Counted from the stretch's first letter, positions 1-8,935 are shown. The stretch is 16,834 nt of DNA from Thermoproteus sp. (GCA_049976425.1 JBMFIG010000030.1:1-16834), one strand, 5' to 3'. The notes: a model not told the origin generated them from the sequence alone. Numbers and translations are program-made.

Positions 1-879
1 CTCGCCTGTCACCTCCTCCCTCTTGGGAGCTATGGCGGCTATCTCGTCGATAAAGATAATCGCGGGCGCGTTCTTCTTAGCCTCGTCGAATATCTCCCTA
101 AGCTTCGCCTCAGACTCCCCATAGTACTTCGACATAATCTCGGGACCATTAATAGCGATAAAGTACGCATTAGCCTCGTTAGCAACAGCCTTAGCCAAGA
201 GGGTCTTGCCGGTGCCGGGAGGGCCGAACAGAAGGATGCCTTTCGGCGGCTCTATGCCTAGGTGCTTGAACAGCTCTGGATGTCTTAGAGGAAGCTCCAC
301 CAACTCCCTAATCTTCTGCTTAGCCTCCTCCAAATCGCCGATATCCTCCCAAGTCACGGGAGGTATCTTGACGCCGGAGACCGGCTTCTCGTACAGCTGT
401 ATCTGGGTGTCGTCGGTCACTAGGAGGACGGCGTTGGCCGGGCGGGCCTGCACCACCTGGAACGTCAAGGGCTGGCTCAACACGTATATCTGGAGTATGT
501 CGCCCTCTACGAGGACGTAGTCGCGGAGCCTCTGTTTTATGTACTGCAGGAAGTTGGAGTCGACGGCTATGGTCATGGAGACCGGCGCCAGCTTCACCGA
601 CTGGGCCGGCCTCGGCTCGACCTTCCTTATCCTGACCGTCTCGTTGAGGGAGACGTCGGCGTTCTTCCTCAGTATGGAGTTCATGCGGATTATGCCCTTG
701 CCGCGGTCCTCGGGGAGGCCGTTCCACACCTTGGCGGCCGTCCTCCTCCTCCCCATGATCTCCACCACGTCGCCCACCATTATGCCGTGGCGCTCCATCA
801 CGTCGGGATCTATACGCACTATGGGCCTATTCGCGTCGCGCGCCTTGCTCTCGGCCACTCTGAGCTCTACCCAACTCAC
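1..879 (-). CDS. cdc48: CDC48/VCP-family AAA+ ATPase, N-terminal part (runs off the window edge)
   Basis: Manual translation from GTG at 879: [33 protein letters not shown]...[83 protein letters not shown]...IIFIDEID. This gives the N-domain, Walker A and Walker B. Absent from the ORF track because no stop lies in the window. TATA-like TTTTTATA at 900-907 on the minus strand. Confidence 0.97.
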   Translation of the reverse strand, partial: MSWVELRVAESKARDANRPIVRIDPDVMERHGIMVGDVVEIMGRRRTAAKVWNGLPEDRGKGIIRMNSILRKNADVSLNETVRIRKVEPRPAQSVKLAPVSMTIAVDSNFLQYIKQRLRDYVLVEGDILQIYVLSQPLTFQVVQARPANAVLLVTDDTQIQLYEKPVSGVKIPPVTWEDIGDLEEAKQKIRELVELPLRHPELFKHLGIEPPKGILLFGPPGTGKTLLAKAVANEANAYFIAINGPEIMSKYYGESEAKLREIFDEAKKNAPAIIFIDEIAAIAPKREEVTGE

Positions 880-915
880 GCGCCTTAAGCCATTAGGTCT
901 ATAAAAAGCTATATC

Positions 916-1194
916 CTAGAAGCTCAGCCGCGAGAAGTACTCCAGCTCGATGTTGCCCACGCCTTGCACCGACCTCAGAAGCTCCTCCACCTCGTCGGAC
1001 GTGTATTCGTCCGATTCGGGATGCCTCACATAGACCTTCAAGGCAGTTATGCCGAAGCCTATGGGCTCCTCCTCTATCCTATCCACCTTGTACTTGGGCT
1101 CCAGCTTCTTGGTTATCTCCTGCTTCAGCTTGGCCAGATCCACATCGGCGCTGTCCGGCAGGACTCTATATATCAACGCGACCTCCGCCGACAT
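916..1194 (-). CDS. ef1b: Archaeal translation elongation factor 1-beta
   Basis: 92 aa with [10 protein letters not shown] and [14 protein letters not shown] motifs typical of aEF-1beta; TTTTTAAA about 28 nt upstream; lies next to the Zn-ribbon gene, a common archaeal pairing. Confidence 0.95.
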   Translation of the reverse strand: MSAEVALIYRVLPDSADVDLAKLKQEITKKLEPKYKVDRIEEEPIGFGITALKVYVRHPESDEYTSDEVEELLRSVQGVGNIELEYFSRLSF

Positions 1195-1228
1195 AGGAGC
1201 CGACCTGACAACCCTTTAAAAATTTTGC

Positions 1229-1426
1229 CTAAGGCCCCTCGAACCCGCAGACCGGGCACTTGTAGGATATGCCCAGCTTCCTCGCCTTGTAGCTCCTGAT
1301 TATGGTGGACCTGCCGCAGTTGGGGCAGACGAACTCGACCCCCCTCTCCAGCGGGGCCAGCGTCCAGTTAGTCATCGTGTCGCTCGGCGGAGACGGCCCG
1401 TACAGCTTGGCGCCCCTAATCGACAT
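1229..1426 (-). CDS. Small Zn-ribbon protein (COG2888/DUF1610-like, usually adjacent to EF-1beta)
   Basis: FVCPNCG...YKCPVCGFEGP C-terminus. Start moved to ATG at 1426 (MSIRGAK) because ATATAAA begins 28 nt upstream. Confidence 0.88.
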   Translation of the reverse strand: MSIRGAKLYGPSPPSDTMTNWTLAPLERGVEFVCPNCGRSTIIRSYKARKLGISYKCPVCGFEGP

Positions 1427-1511
1427 GCCACCCCTCGACAAGCCCCATTTATATGCTTTATGCGTCGGGCGGCGCTCCGTCAAACTTTATTATCCGTCTC
1501 CACCCGCCCCT
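1427..1511. promoter_or_regulatory. Divergent promoters of the Zn-ribbon and S9 peptidase genes
   Basis: ATATAAA (minus, 1448-1454) and TTTATTA (plus, 1486-1492). Confidence 0.7.
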
Positions 1512-3215
1512 ATGGATCTGCTGGCGGCCAGGCTCCTGTCCGTCAAGAGCGCCGTGGCGCCCTCGGCGGGGCCCGACGGGGCGGTGCTGTACCTCTCTGA
1601 CGCGACGGGGCAGTACCAGATATGGCGTTTCGACGGTAGGCGGCACGACGTCTACATCCCCTGGGACGGGAGGGTGGGGGGATACGTCGTCTCCCCGAAA
1701 GGCGCGGTGGCCTTCTCCGCCGACGTGGGGGGCGACGAGCGTTGGAGGATCTACGTAGCCGAGGGCGAGGAGGTGAGGGACGTGTCCGTCGAGGGCTTCA
1801 ACAACCTCGGCGCGTGGAGCCCCGACGGCTCGCGGCTCGCGTACACCTCTACCGTCGAGAGGCCGGAGGACTTCTCCCTCTACGTCTTCGAGGGCGGCGG
1901 GGCCCGGAAGGTCGCCGACCTGCAGGGGATAAACATAGCCGTGGACTGGTGCGACGAGGGGATATTGGTGGAGCACCACGAGTCGAGCAGAGACGGCGAC
2001 ATCTATCTGGCTTCCGGCGGGGAGGTCAAGAATCTGACTAAGCACTCTGGCGAGGAGGTCAACGCGTCGCCGCGATGTCTCGGCGGGGGCAAAATCGCAT
2101 ATCTGACCGACAGATGGTCGGAGTATAGGGGGATCGCCGTCATGGATCTGAAGACGGGCGAGGCGAAGCCCCTAGTCCAGCTGGACAGAGAGATAGAGCT
2201 CTTCGACGTCTGGGGCAACTACCTCGCATATGTGGCCAACGAGGACGGCTACTCCGGCCTGTACGTGATGCACCTCCCGACGGGCCTTACGCACAAGGTG
2301 TCCGTCCCGCCGGGCGTCGTCACCTATCTGAGCTGGCGATTCGGGAAGCTCGTCTTCTCGCTGTCGGGCCCTCGGGTCGGCCACGAGGTTTTCGTCTACG
2401 CGGGCGAGGTCAGGGCGCTCACCGACTCGCCGAAGTACGGCGTCGATATGTCGAGGAACGCCGTGCCGGAGGCCGCAAGGTTCAAGGCAAGCGATGGGCT
2501 GGAGGTTCCGCTCCTGCTGTATAGGCCGCAGACGGCTCCTCCCCACAAGGCGGTCTTCCTACTGCACGGGGGGCCCGAGAGCCAGGCGAGGCCCTACTTC
2601 GAGCCCCTGACGCAGCTTCTGGTCAGGCTCGGCTACATGGTCGTCGCCCCCAACTTCAGAGGATCGACGGGCTACGGCAAGACCTACGTGAGGCTGGACG
2701 ACGGCGAGAGGAGGCTGGACGCCGTGAGGGACGTGGCCGAGGCCGTCGGCTGGCTCGCCGGCCGGGGGCTGATCGCCGGGAGGCCTTGCGTGTTGGGAGG
2801 GGGCTACGGCGGATATCTGACGTTGATGTCCCTGGCGCTTTACCCAGACCTCTGGACCTGCGGCGTCGAGATGGCCGGGATAGTGAACCTCGCCACGTTC
2901 CTCGAGAGGACGGCTCCCTGGCGGAGGCGGCACAGAGAGGCTGAGTACGGCAGGTTGGAGGACAGAGAGCTTCTGGCCAAGCTCAGCCCGATAACCTACG
3001 CCGATAGGATAGCCGCGCCTCTGTTGGTGATACACGGCGTGAACGACATAAGGGTCCCCGTCTCCGAGGCCGACCAGCTCGTGGCGAGGCTGAGGGAGCT
3101 GGGCCGGCGCGTCGAGTACTTGAGGCTGGAGGGCGAGGGCCACGTCTTCTCGTCGGCCGCCAGGCCCAGGATATACGGCGAAGTGGCCAAGTTCGTGAAG
3201 GCCTATCTAGGCTGA
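1512..3215 (+). CDS. S9/prolyl-oligopeptidase family (acylaminoacyl-peptidase-like) protein; nucleophile Ser position reads Gly
   Basis: Beta-propeller-like N-region (WSPDGSRLAY), LHGGPESQ, NFRGSTGYG, GGGYGG in place of GxSYGG, HGVNDIRVP (Asp), EGEGH (His). Start ATG 1512 lies 26 nt after TTTATTA. Confidence 0.9.
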   Translation: MDLLAARLLSVKSAVAPSAGPDGAVLYLSDATGQYQIWRFDGRRHDVYIPWDGRVGGYVVSPKGAVAFSADVGGDERWRIYVAEGEEVRDVSVEGFNNLGAWSPDGSRLAYTSTVERPEDFSLYVFEGGGARKVADLQGINIAVDWCDEGILVEHHESSRDGDIYLASGGEVKNLTKHSGEEVNASPRCLGGGKIAYLTDRWSEYRGIAVMDLKTGEAKPLVQLDREIELFDVWGNYLAYVANEDGYSGLYVMHLPTGLTHKVSVPPGVVTYLSWRFGKLVFSLSGPRVGHEVFVYAGEVRALTDSPKYGVDMSRNAVPEAARFKASDGLEVPLLLYRPQTAPPHKAVFLLHGGPESQARPYFEPLTQLLVRLGYMVVAPNFRGSTGYGKTYVRLDDGERRLDAVRDVAEAVGWLAGRGLIAGRPCVLGGGYGGYLTLMSLALYPDLWTCGVEMAGIVNLATFLERTAPWRRRHREAEYGRLEDRELLAKLSPITYADRIAAPLLVIHGVNDIRVPVSEADQLVARLRELGRRVEYLRLEGEGHVFSSAARPRIYGEVAKFVKAYLG

Positions 3216-3251
3216 GGGGAATCCTTATATAGGCTCGCCGAGGCGCTTGGT

Positions 3252-4148
3252 ATGATTCCCCAGAAGGGGAAGGAGCTACTATCGGCGGTGAGGCCCGTCT
3301 GGGTCGAGACCGTGTCTTGGCACAGCTCCCTCGCCATGCAGATAGAGGGGATTAGGTACATGAAGCGGACCAGGTACCAGGAGCTGGCCATAATAGACAC
3401 GGTGGATTTCGGCAGGGCGTTGGTGCTCGACGGCTTTATCCAGTCCACGTACGCCGACGAGCCCTACTACCACGAGTCCCTGGTCCACCCCGCCATGGTG
3501 GCGCACCCGTCGCCGAGGAGGGTCCTCATCTTGGGAGGCGGCGAGGGGGCCGCGCTTAGGGAGGTGCTGAAGCACAAGACCGTGTCGGAGGCGGTCATGG
3601 TCGACATAGATGGGGAGGTCGTGGAGGCGGCCAAGGAGTATCTGCCGGCCATGCACCAAGGCGCGTTTAAGGACCCGCGGGCCAAGGTGTTGATAATGGA
3701 CGGGGCCAAGTACGTCGAGGACGCCTTGGCGCGGGGGGAGAAGTTCGACATAGTCGTGATGGATCTGACAGATCCCTACGGCCCCGAGATAGCGCAGGGC
3801 CTCTACTCTGCGCAGTTCATCGGCAAGGTCAAGGGGGTTATGGCCGACGGCGGCGTCTTCGTGACGCAGGCGGGCAGTAGCTTCTTCTTCGAGGAGGAGT
3901 ACGACGCGGTGTTGAGGAACGTGTCGGCGAATTTCCGCATAGTGGTCGAGTACACCGTGTGGATACCCTCGTTCGGCTACGCGGTCAACTTCATAGCGGC
4001 CAGCGACTCGGCCGATCCCAGAGCGCTGACCGCTGAGGAGGTCGACAAGACGCTCGCCGAGAGGGGCGTCTCGACCGTGTTCTACTCCGGCAGAGCCCAC
4101 GTGGCGCTTATGAACATGCCGATATATAGGAGGTTCAAGAGGGCTTAG
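3252..4148 (+). CDS. speE: Polyamine aminopropyltransferase (spermidine/thermospermine synthase family)
   Basis: LVLDGFIQST, YHESLVHP, LILGGGEGAALREVLKH, VDIDGEVV and DLTDP motifs; TTATATA 27 nt upstream. Confidence 0.95.
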   Translation: MIPQKGKELLSAVRPVWVETVSWHSSLAMQIEGIRYMKRTRYQELAIIDTVDFGRALVLDGFIQSTYADEPYYHESLVHPAMVAHPSPRRVLILGGGEGAALREVLKHKTVSEAVMVDIDGEVVEAAKEYLPAMHQGAFKDPRAKVLIMDGAKYVEDALARGEKFDIVVMDLTDPYGPEIAQGLYSAQFIGKVKGVMADGGVFVTQAGSSFFFEEEYDAVLRNVSANFRIVVEYTVWIPSFGYAVNFIAASDSADPRALTAEEVDKTLAERGVSTVFYSGRAHVALMNMPIYRRFKRA

Positions 4149-4833
4149 CCCTTTTCGGCTTCACCGCCATCAAGGCCCTCACCAGCTCGTAGTGCTTCAG
4201 CTCGTCGAACTCTATCGATTTTATGAGGGCCCTCACCAGGGGATCCTCGACTCTGGAGAGCGCGGCGAGGCTCTCCCTCATCCCCTTCTCCTCCTCCGAG
4301 ACGGCCCTCAGCTCCTCCTCGGTCAGCGCGATCTCGTCGGCCTTGATCCTGCCGGACAGATAGTCGAGGATCGTGGTGAGTATCTCGGCGTGGCGCAGGC
4401 TGTCCATGGCTATCTGCATGAAGAGCGCTCTGGCCAGAGGGTTGGCCGATCTGTAGGCGAGCGCCATGCTCCTATTGGCCGTCTCCTGCTCCAGCTTTAT
4501 GCGCTCCATTATGAGGAGGGTCACGTCGGCCTCGGCGCGGCTCGGCGCCTCGAAGGCGTTCCTCACCGCCTGGGCCAGATCGGTGAGGTCCAGCACGGCG
4601 GATCTCCCGCCCTCGGCGAACGCGTCGACGTAGGATCTGATTATCGACATGACCCGCTCGTCGGCCTCTATCTTGGCCACGAGCTCCCCTCCCCTCTTCC
4701 CGCTGGCGTAGAGCGAGACCGCGGCGGCCGTGACGCCGAGGAGCCTGGCCGTCTCGTTGACGGAGAAGCCCCGCCGGACCATCTCCTTGGCCACGACGGC
4801 CCTCACAGCTGATATGTATTTGTCCAAAGACAC
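4135..4833 (-). CDS. HTH transcriptional regulator fused to a C-terminal ferritin/rubrerythrin-like four-helix domain
   Basis: N-terminal HTH (GFSVNETARLLGVTAAAVSLYASGKRG); C-terminal EQE...DSLRH and EEE...DELKH repeated helix pairs. Start set at GTG 4833 from TTATAA at 4854-4859 (TTG 4827 is an alternative). Confidence 0.72.
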   Translation of the reverse strand: MSLDKYISAVRAVVAKEMVRRGFSVNETARLLGVTAAAVSLYASGKRGGELVAKIEADERVMSIIRSYVDAFAEGGRSAVLDLTDLAQAVRNAFEAPSRAEADVTLLIMERIKLEQETANRSMALAYRSANPLARALFMQIAMDSLRHAEILTTILDYLSGRIKADEIALTEEELRAVSEEEKGMRESLAALSRVEDPLVRALIKSIEFDELKHYELVRALMAVKPKRAKPS

Positions 4834-4920
4834 TGAGGATGGGGGCGCCGCGCTTATAAGGTTTCCGCCTTCGGCCCCACGGCGAAACAACGGTTATATA
4901 CCGACGGCACTGCAGTGGCT
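4834..4920. promoter_or_regulatory. Divergent promoters of the HTH-ferritin gene and the hypothetical gene
   Basis: TTATAA at 4854-4859 (minus) and TTATATA at 4894-4900 (plus), each about 26-27 nt from a start codon. Confidence 0.7.
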
Positions 4921-5352
4921 ATGTATAGGGTGTACGAGAGGTCGGTCGAGGTCCCCATAAGGATCTCGAAGACCGCAGACGAGCAGGCCAGGCTGAGGAG
5001 GCTCGAGAGGTGGCCCAGGGAGAGCGGGCTCAGCCTAGTCCTCGACGAGTCGGGCAGCAACTTCAACAAGCTGATGCAGATGTACGCCTCCGACTACGGG
5101 CTGGAGCTGGGCGAGAAGAAGTGGAGCGCCGACTCCTCCGGCGACGAGATAAAGGCAGGTCTAGAGGTCCCGTTGCTCAAGGCGGGGCAGGTGAAGGGCA
5201 GGGCCGTCATGCAGGCGAGGATACCCAAGAAGCCGACAGGCGAGGAGGGGAACAACTACGTCTTCACCGCCTCCGTAAACTACTTCATAGAGCTGGAAGA
5301 CGACGTGTTGGCCGAAGGCGCCACCAGCGGGATGGTGGAGTTCACGCTGTAG
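4921..5352 (+). CDS. Hypothetical protein (143 aa), no family recognised
   Basis: Host-like codon usage; own TATA (TTATATA 4894-4900) 27 nt before ATG 4921; divergent from the HTH-ferritin gene. Confidence 0.8.
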   Translation: MYRVYERSVEVPIRISKTADEQARLRRLERWPRESGLSLVLDESGSNFNKLMQMYASDYGLELGEKKWSADSSGDEIKAGLEVPLLKAGQVKGRAVMQARIPKKPTGEEGNNYVFTASVNYFIELEDDVLAEGATSGMVEFTL

Positions 5353-5385
5353 CCAACATATAAAAAGTGCCCTTTCCGTAGCCTC

Positions 5386-6792
5386 ATGCAGGTATCTCCC
5401 ATTGTCAGCTATTCGACAGTTAGGGAGGTCAAGGGCCCTCTGCTCGTCATAGAGAGGACCCGGGGGGTTGCCTACGGCGAGCTGGGCGAGGTGGTGGGGC
5501 CCGACGGGGAGCCCCGCCGCGTCCAGGTCATCGAGGTGGGCACGGACTACGCCGTGGCGCAGGTCCTAGGCCCCACCCTCGGCCTCCCCGCCAAGGGATC
5601 GACTGTTAGGTTCTACGGCAAGACCTACAGGCTGGGCGTCAGCGAGGACCTAATAGGCCGTATCCTCGACGGCAAGGGGCAGCCGCGCGACCACATGCCT
5701 CTGCCGCCGCCCCAGGACTTCAGGGACATCAACGGCGAGCCCCTCAACCCCTACGCCCGCGAGTACCCCGAGGAGCCCATAGAGACCGGCATATCGGCCA
5801 TAGACGGGCTCTACACCCTCGTGAGGGGCCAGAAGCTGCCCATATTCTCGGGCACCGGCCTGCCGCACAACGTCATGGCGGCGCAGGTGGTGAGGCAGGC
5901 GACTGTGAGGGGGAGCGAGGAGGGCTTCGCGGTGGTCTTCGTCGGAATCGGCATCAGGAGCGAGGAGGCGATGTACTTCATGGACGAGTTCAGGAGGACG
6001 GGCGCTCTGAGGAGGGCGGTCGCCGTCATAAACCTCGCCTCCGACCCCGTGGCGGAGCGCATCCTGGCGCCCCGCGTCGGCTTGACCATAGCGGAGCACC
6101 TCGCCTGGGATCTCGGCTACCACGTGCTGGTGGTCATAACCGACATGACCAACTACGCCGAGGGCCTCCGCGAGCTCTCGTCGGGCAAGGGCGAGCTCCC
6201 CGGCAGGCGCGGCTACCCGGGCTATATGTACACCGACCTGGCGAGTATATACGAGAGGGCCGGAAGGGCTAGGGGGCGCAAGGGCTCCGTCACGCAGTTC
6301 CCCATACTCACCATGCCGCACGACGACATAACCCACCCCATACCCGACCTCTCGGGCTACATCACCGAGGGACAGCTGGTGCTCAGCCGCGCCATGTGGG
6401 GCAAGGGCATCTACCCGCCCTTCGATATAATAATGTCGCTCTCGCGCCTCGCCAAGGACGCCATCGGCGAGGGCAAGACGCGCGAGGACCACAAGGACGT
6501 GGCGAACACGCTCATCGCCGCCTACAGCCGCGCCCTGGAGCTGAGGAGCTTGGCCACTCTGGTGGGCGAGCGCAACTTGGGCTGGCGCGAGAGGAGGTAC
6601 CTCCGCTTCGCCGACGCCTTCGAGCAGAAATTCGTCAAGCAGGGGGTCTACGAGAGGCGGACCTTCGAGGAGACGCTTGACATAGGGTGGGACGTGCTCT
6701 CGATACTGCCGGAGGACGAGCTGACCAACGCCAGGCCGGAGATATCGGCAAAGTACTACCGCAAGCACATCTTCGAGTCGGTGGCCCTCTAG
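5386..6792 (+). CDS. atpB: A/V-type ATP synthase subunit B
   Basis: [48 protein letters not shown] and [18 protein letters not shown] motifs; own TATA at 5358-5365. Confidence 0.98.
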   Translation: MQVSPIVSYSTVREVKGPLLVIERTRGVAYGELGEVVGPDGEPRRVQVIEVGTDYAVAQVLGPTLGLPAKGSTVRFYGKTYRLGVSEDLIGRILDGKGQPRDHMPLPPPQDFRDINGEPLNPYAREYPEEPIETGISAIDGLYTLVRGQKLPIFSGTGLPHNVMAAQVVRQATVRGSEEGFAVVFVGIGIRSEEAMYFMDEFRRTGALRRAVAVINLASDPVAERILAPRVGLTIAEHLAWDLGYHVLVVITDMTNYAEGLRELSSGKGELPGRRGYPGYMYTDLASIYERAGRARGRKGSVTQFPILTMPHDDITHPIPDLSGYITEGQLVLSRAMWGKGIYPPFDIIMSLSRLAKDAIGEGKTREDHKDVANTLIAAYSRALELRSLATLVGERNLGWRERRYLRFADAFEQKFVKQGVYERRTFEETLDIGWDVLSILPEDELTNARPEISAKYYRKHIFESVAL

Positions 6793-6799
6793 GCGGCGG

Positions 6800-6813
6800 A
6801 ATACACGCGTATT
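6800..6813. promoter_or_regulatory. Palindromic operator candidate AATAC-N4-GTATT upstream of the RHH gene
   Basis: AATAC-ACGC-GTATT about 12 nt upstream of the TATA box; same arms as at 8659-8672. Confidence 0.5.
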
Positions 6814-6852
6814 ACCTGGAAGACTAATTTAAGTGCCTCCCTTCTACACATC

Positions 6853-7089
6853 ATGCCTCGGAATAAGGGGCAGGAGAAGATGTCGCTGATCTCTGTCCAC
6901 GTCCCGAAACGAATGTTGGAGGAGCTGGACGAGCTCGTCAGGAGGGGTATATACCCAAATAGGAGCGAGGCCATAAGGGCCGCCATAAGGGAACTGCTCT
7001 ACAAGGAGTCCTTGAAGCCGGCGGCTAGGCAGACAACGGCTGAGGAGATCGAGGAGGGCGAGGAAATAGAGGTTTTAACCGGCCGCTAG
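6853..7089 (+). CDS. Ribbon-helix-helix (CopG/Arc/MetJ) transcription factor, CdrS/aCcr1-like
   Basis: ISVHVPKRMLEELDELVRRGIYPNRSEAIRAAIRELL is a beta-strand plus two helices with the NRSEAIR signature; acidic C-terminal tail; TATA-like AATTTAAG at 6826-6833. Confidence 0.88.
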   Translation: MPRNKGQEKMSLISVHVPKRMLEELDELVRRGIYPNRSEAIRAAIRELLYKESLKPAARQTTAEEIEEGEEIEVLTGR

Positions 7090-7126
7090 ACCCGGCCAAT
7101 TCTTATTAATCGAATAGATTTTAGCC

Positions 7127-8605
7127 GTGGCCTTGGTCTCGCCCCTGGAGTACGCGATATTGAGGTCGGCCGGGCGGCGGAGGAGCTTGAGGGAGGTCGC
7201 CGCCGAGCTGGGGACGAAGCCCGAGGACCTCATGAGGTACGTCGAGTCTCTGAGGGCCAGAGGGCTGATACGCGTCGAGCGGCGGGAGGTCGAGGTCTAC
7301 GAGCTGACGGAGGAGGGGGCCAAATACGCGAGGGAGGGGTTGCCCGAGCTTGCGGCTCTGAGGGCCGCCAAATGCGGCGATATATGCGTCGTCGAGGTGC
7401 CGGACACGCCAGAGGGGAGGATAGTCCTCGCCAACCTGGCCAGATACGGACTGCGCCCCCGCGGCGGGAGGATCGAGGCGCCGAGAGACGAGGTCGAGAA
7501 GGCGCTTAGGGCCGTCGAGGAGAGGCAGAGGCTCCTCGAGGCCTTGGCCGCGGGCGGGGAGATACCGCGCGACGCCTTGCAGGAGTTCCAGAGGAGGAGG
7601 CTGGTGAGGAGGTCGTCGCGGGTGGAGATCTATGTGGAGTCTGCGGCGGACCTCGCGTCGTTGCGGGTTGCCGAGATGAAGACCGCGCTCACCTCCGAGG
7701 ATCTGAGGAGCGGGGCCTGGAGGGAGATCGTCCTCAAGCCCATAGACGCGACGATAGAGGTGCCTCCCGCCCCGGCCCCCGTCCCCCACTTCTTCCAAGA
7801 TTTCCTGGAGTACGTGAGGGAGGTCATGGTGGGGCTCGGCTTCGAGGAGGTGAGGGGGCCGATCCTCGAGTACGAGTTCTGGAACTTCGACGCGTTGTTC
7901 CAGGCGCAGGACCACCCGGCCAGGGAGGTCCACGACACGTTCTTCGTGGAGTGGGGAGGACGGCCGCCGGAGCCGCCTCCACCGGAGCTCATGGAGAGGG
8001 TGGGGAGGGAGCACGAGGCCGGCTGGGGCTACCGCTGGAGCCGCGAGAAGGCCCTCGGCCTGGTCTTGAGGAGCCAGACCACTGCGACGACCATAAGGGC
8101 GCTCGCCGAGAGGGGTGAGGGGACCTACAAGGTCTTCGCAGTAGGGAGGGTCTTCAGGCCGGAGCACATAGACGCCAAACACAACGTGGAGTTCCACCAG
8201 CTCGACGGGATAGTGGTGGGGCCGGGGCTCGCCTTCAAGCACCTGTTGGGGCAACTGGAGCAGATAGCGAAGGCCCTAGGCATGGCCGAGGTTAAGTTCA
8301 AGCCGGCCTACTTCCCGTTCACCAGCCCCTCCGTGGAGGTCTACGCGAGGCACGAGAAGCTGGGCTGGATCGAGTTCGGCGGCGCCGGGATATTCAGGCC
8401 AGAGGTGACGCGCCCCCTCGGCGTCGAGAGGAGCAGAGTCCTCGCCTGGGGCTGGGGCCTCGACAGAGTCGCCATGATACTGCTGGGCATAGAGGACATA
8501 AGGGACCTCTTCACGGCCGATCCCGAGAAGCTCGCCGAGTACTACCGCAGATGGAGCGCCTTCAAGAGGACGGTGGGCTCGCGGGGGGCGAGGTATACGC
8601 TGTAG
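7127..8605 (+). CDS. pheS: Phenylalanyl-tRNA synthetase alpha subunit (archaeal long form)
   Basis: FWNFDALFQAQDHPARE, LRSQTT, GRVFRPE, EFHQLDG, PAYFPFTSPS and AWGWGLDR motifs; N-terminal winged-helix extension. Confidence 0.97.
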   Translation: MALVSPLEYAILRSAGRRRSLREVAAELGTKPEDLMRYVESLRARGLIRVERREVEVYELTEEGAKYAREGLPELAALRAAKCGDICVVEVPDTPEGRIVLANLARYGLRPRGGRIEAPRDEVEKALRAVEERQRLLEALAAGGEIPRDALQEFQRRRLVRRSSRVEIYVESAADLASLRVAEMKTALTSEDLRSGAWREIVLKPIDATIEVPPAPAPVPHFFQDFLEYVREVMVGLGFEEVRGPILEYEFWNFDALFQAQDHPAREVHDTFFVEWGGRPPEPPPPELMERVGREHEAGWGYRWSREKALGLVLRSQTTATTIRALAERGEGTYKVFAVGRVFRPEHIDAKHNVEFHQLDGIVVGPGLAFKHLLGQLEQIAKALGMAEVKFKPAYFPFTSPSVEVYARHEKLGWIEFGGAGIFRPEVTRPLGVERSRVLAWGWGLDRVAMILLGIEDIRDLFTADPEKLAEYYRRWSAFKRTVGSRGARYTL

Positions 8606-8658
8606 CCTTCTAGGCCCTAACAAGGTGTGTCGTAGAATCTGGGGTATCTACATTTTGT

Positions 8659-8672
8659 AATACTAAGGTATT
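8659..8672. promoter_or_regulatory. Palindromic operator candidate AATAC-N4-GTATT upstream of the VapB-like gene
   Basis: AATAC-TAAG-GTATT overlapping the TATA-like TATTTATT (8669-8676). Confidence 0.5.
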
Positions 8673-8689
8673 TATTGCTGTTTGTAGAC

Positions 8690-8935
8690 GTGCAGGTTGT
8701 GCTGAACGTAAGGATTCCAAAGGAGTTGAAAGAGAGGATGGATAGGTATAGAGTCGACTGGAAGAAAGTCATAACCGAGGCTATCGAGGAGAAGCTTAGA
8801 CAGCTGGAGGCCGAGGACGCCCTTAAAGAGCTGGAGAGGCTGAACGAGGGCCTCCCGCCAGCGTCGGCGCCCAGCTGGAGGCTCATTAGGGAAGACCGTG
8901 ATAGTATGACCCCCAGCGTATCAAGCGTCTTGTAA
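8690..8935 (+). CDS. VapB-like RHH antitoxin, orphan (no intact toxin follows)
   Basis: VLNVRIPKELKERMDRYRVDWKKVITEAIEEKL...SWRLIREDRDS resembles archaeal VapB antitoxins, which often end in IREDRD; codon usage is more AT-rich than the neighbours. Start is GTG 8690 or GTG 8699. Confidence 0.75.
   Translation: MQVVLNVRIPKELKERMDRYRVDWKKVITEAIEEKLRQLEAEDALKELERLNEGLPPASAPSWRLIREDRDSMTPSVSSVL

Noticed and set aside
1302-1511. N-terminal extensions in the ORF track (peptidase from 1302, EF-2 from 12633, coaBC from 16465, HTH from 4890, Zn-ribbon from 1483)
   Set aside because: They run through TATA boxes or opposite-strand genes; downstream starts fit the 25-29 nt promoter spacing.
5386-6792. 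atpB, fusA, pheS and carA separated from their usual operon partners
   Set aside because: Operon dispersal is a known general property of Thermoproteales genomes.
5650-8254. Long antisense ORFs (5650-6768, 7121-8254; likewise 3279-4100, 13842-14564, 15164-16030, 15618-16406)
   Set aside because: Shadow ORFs opposite well-supported genes, expected from GC-rich third-position bias; no recognisable motifs or promoters.
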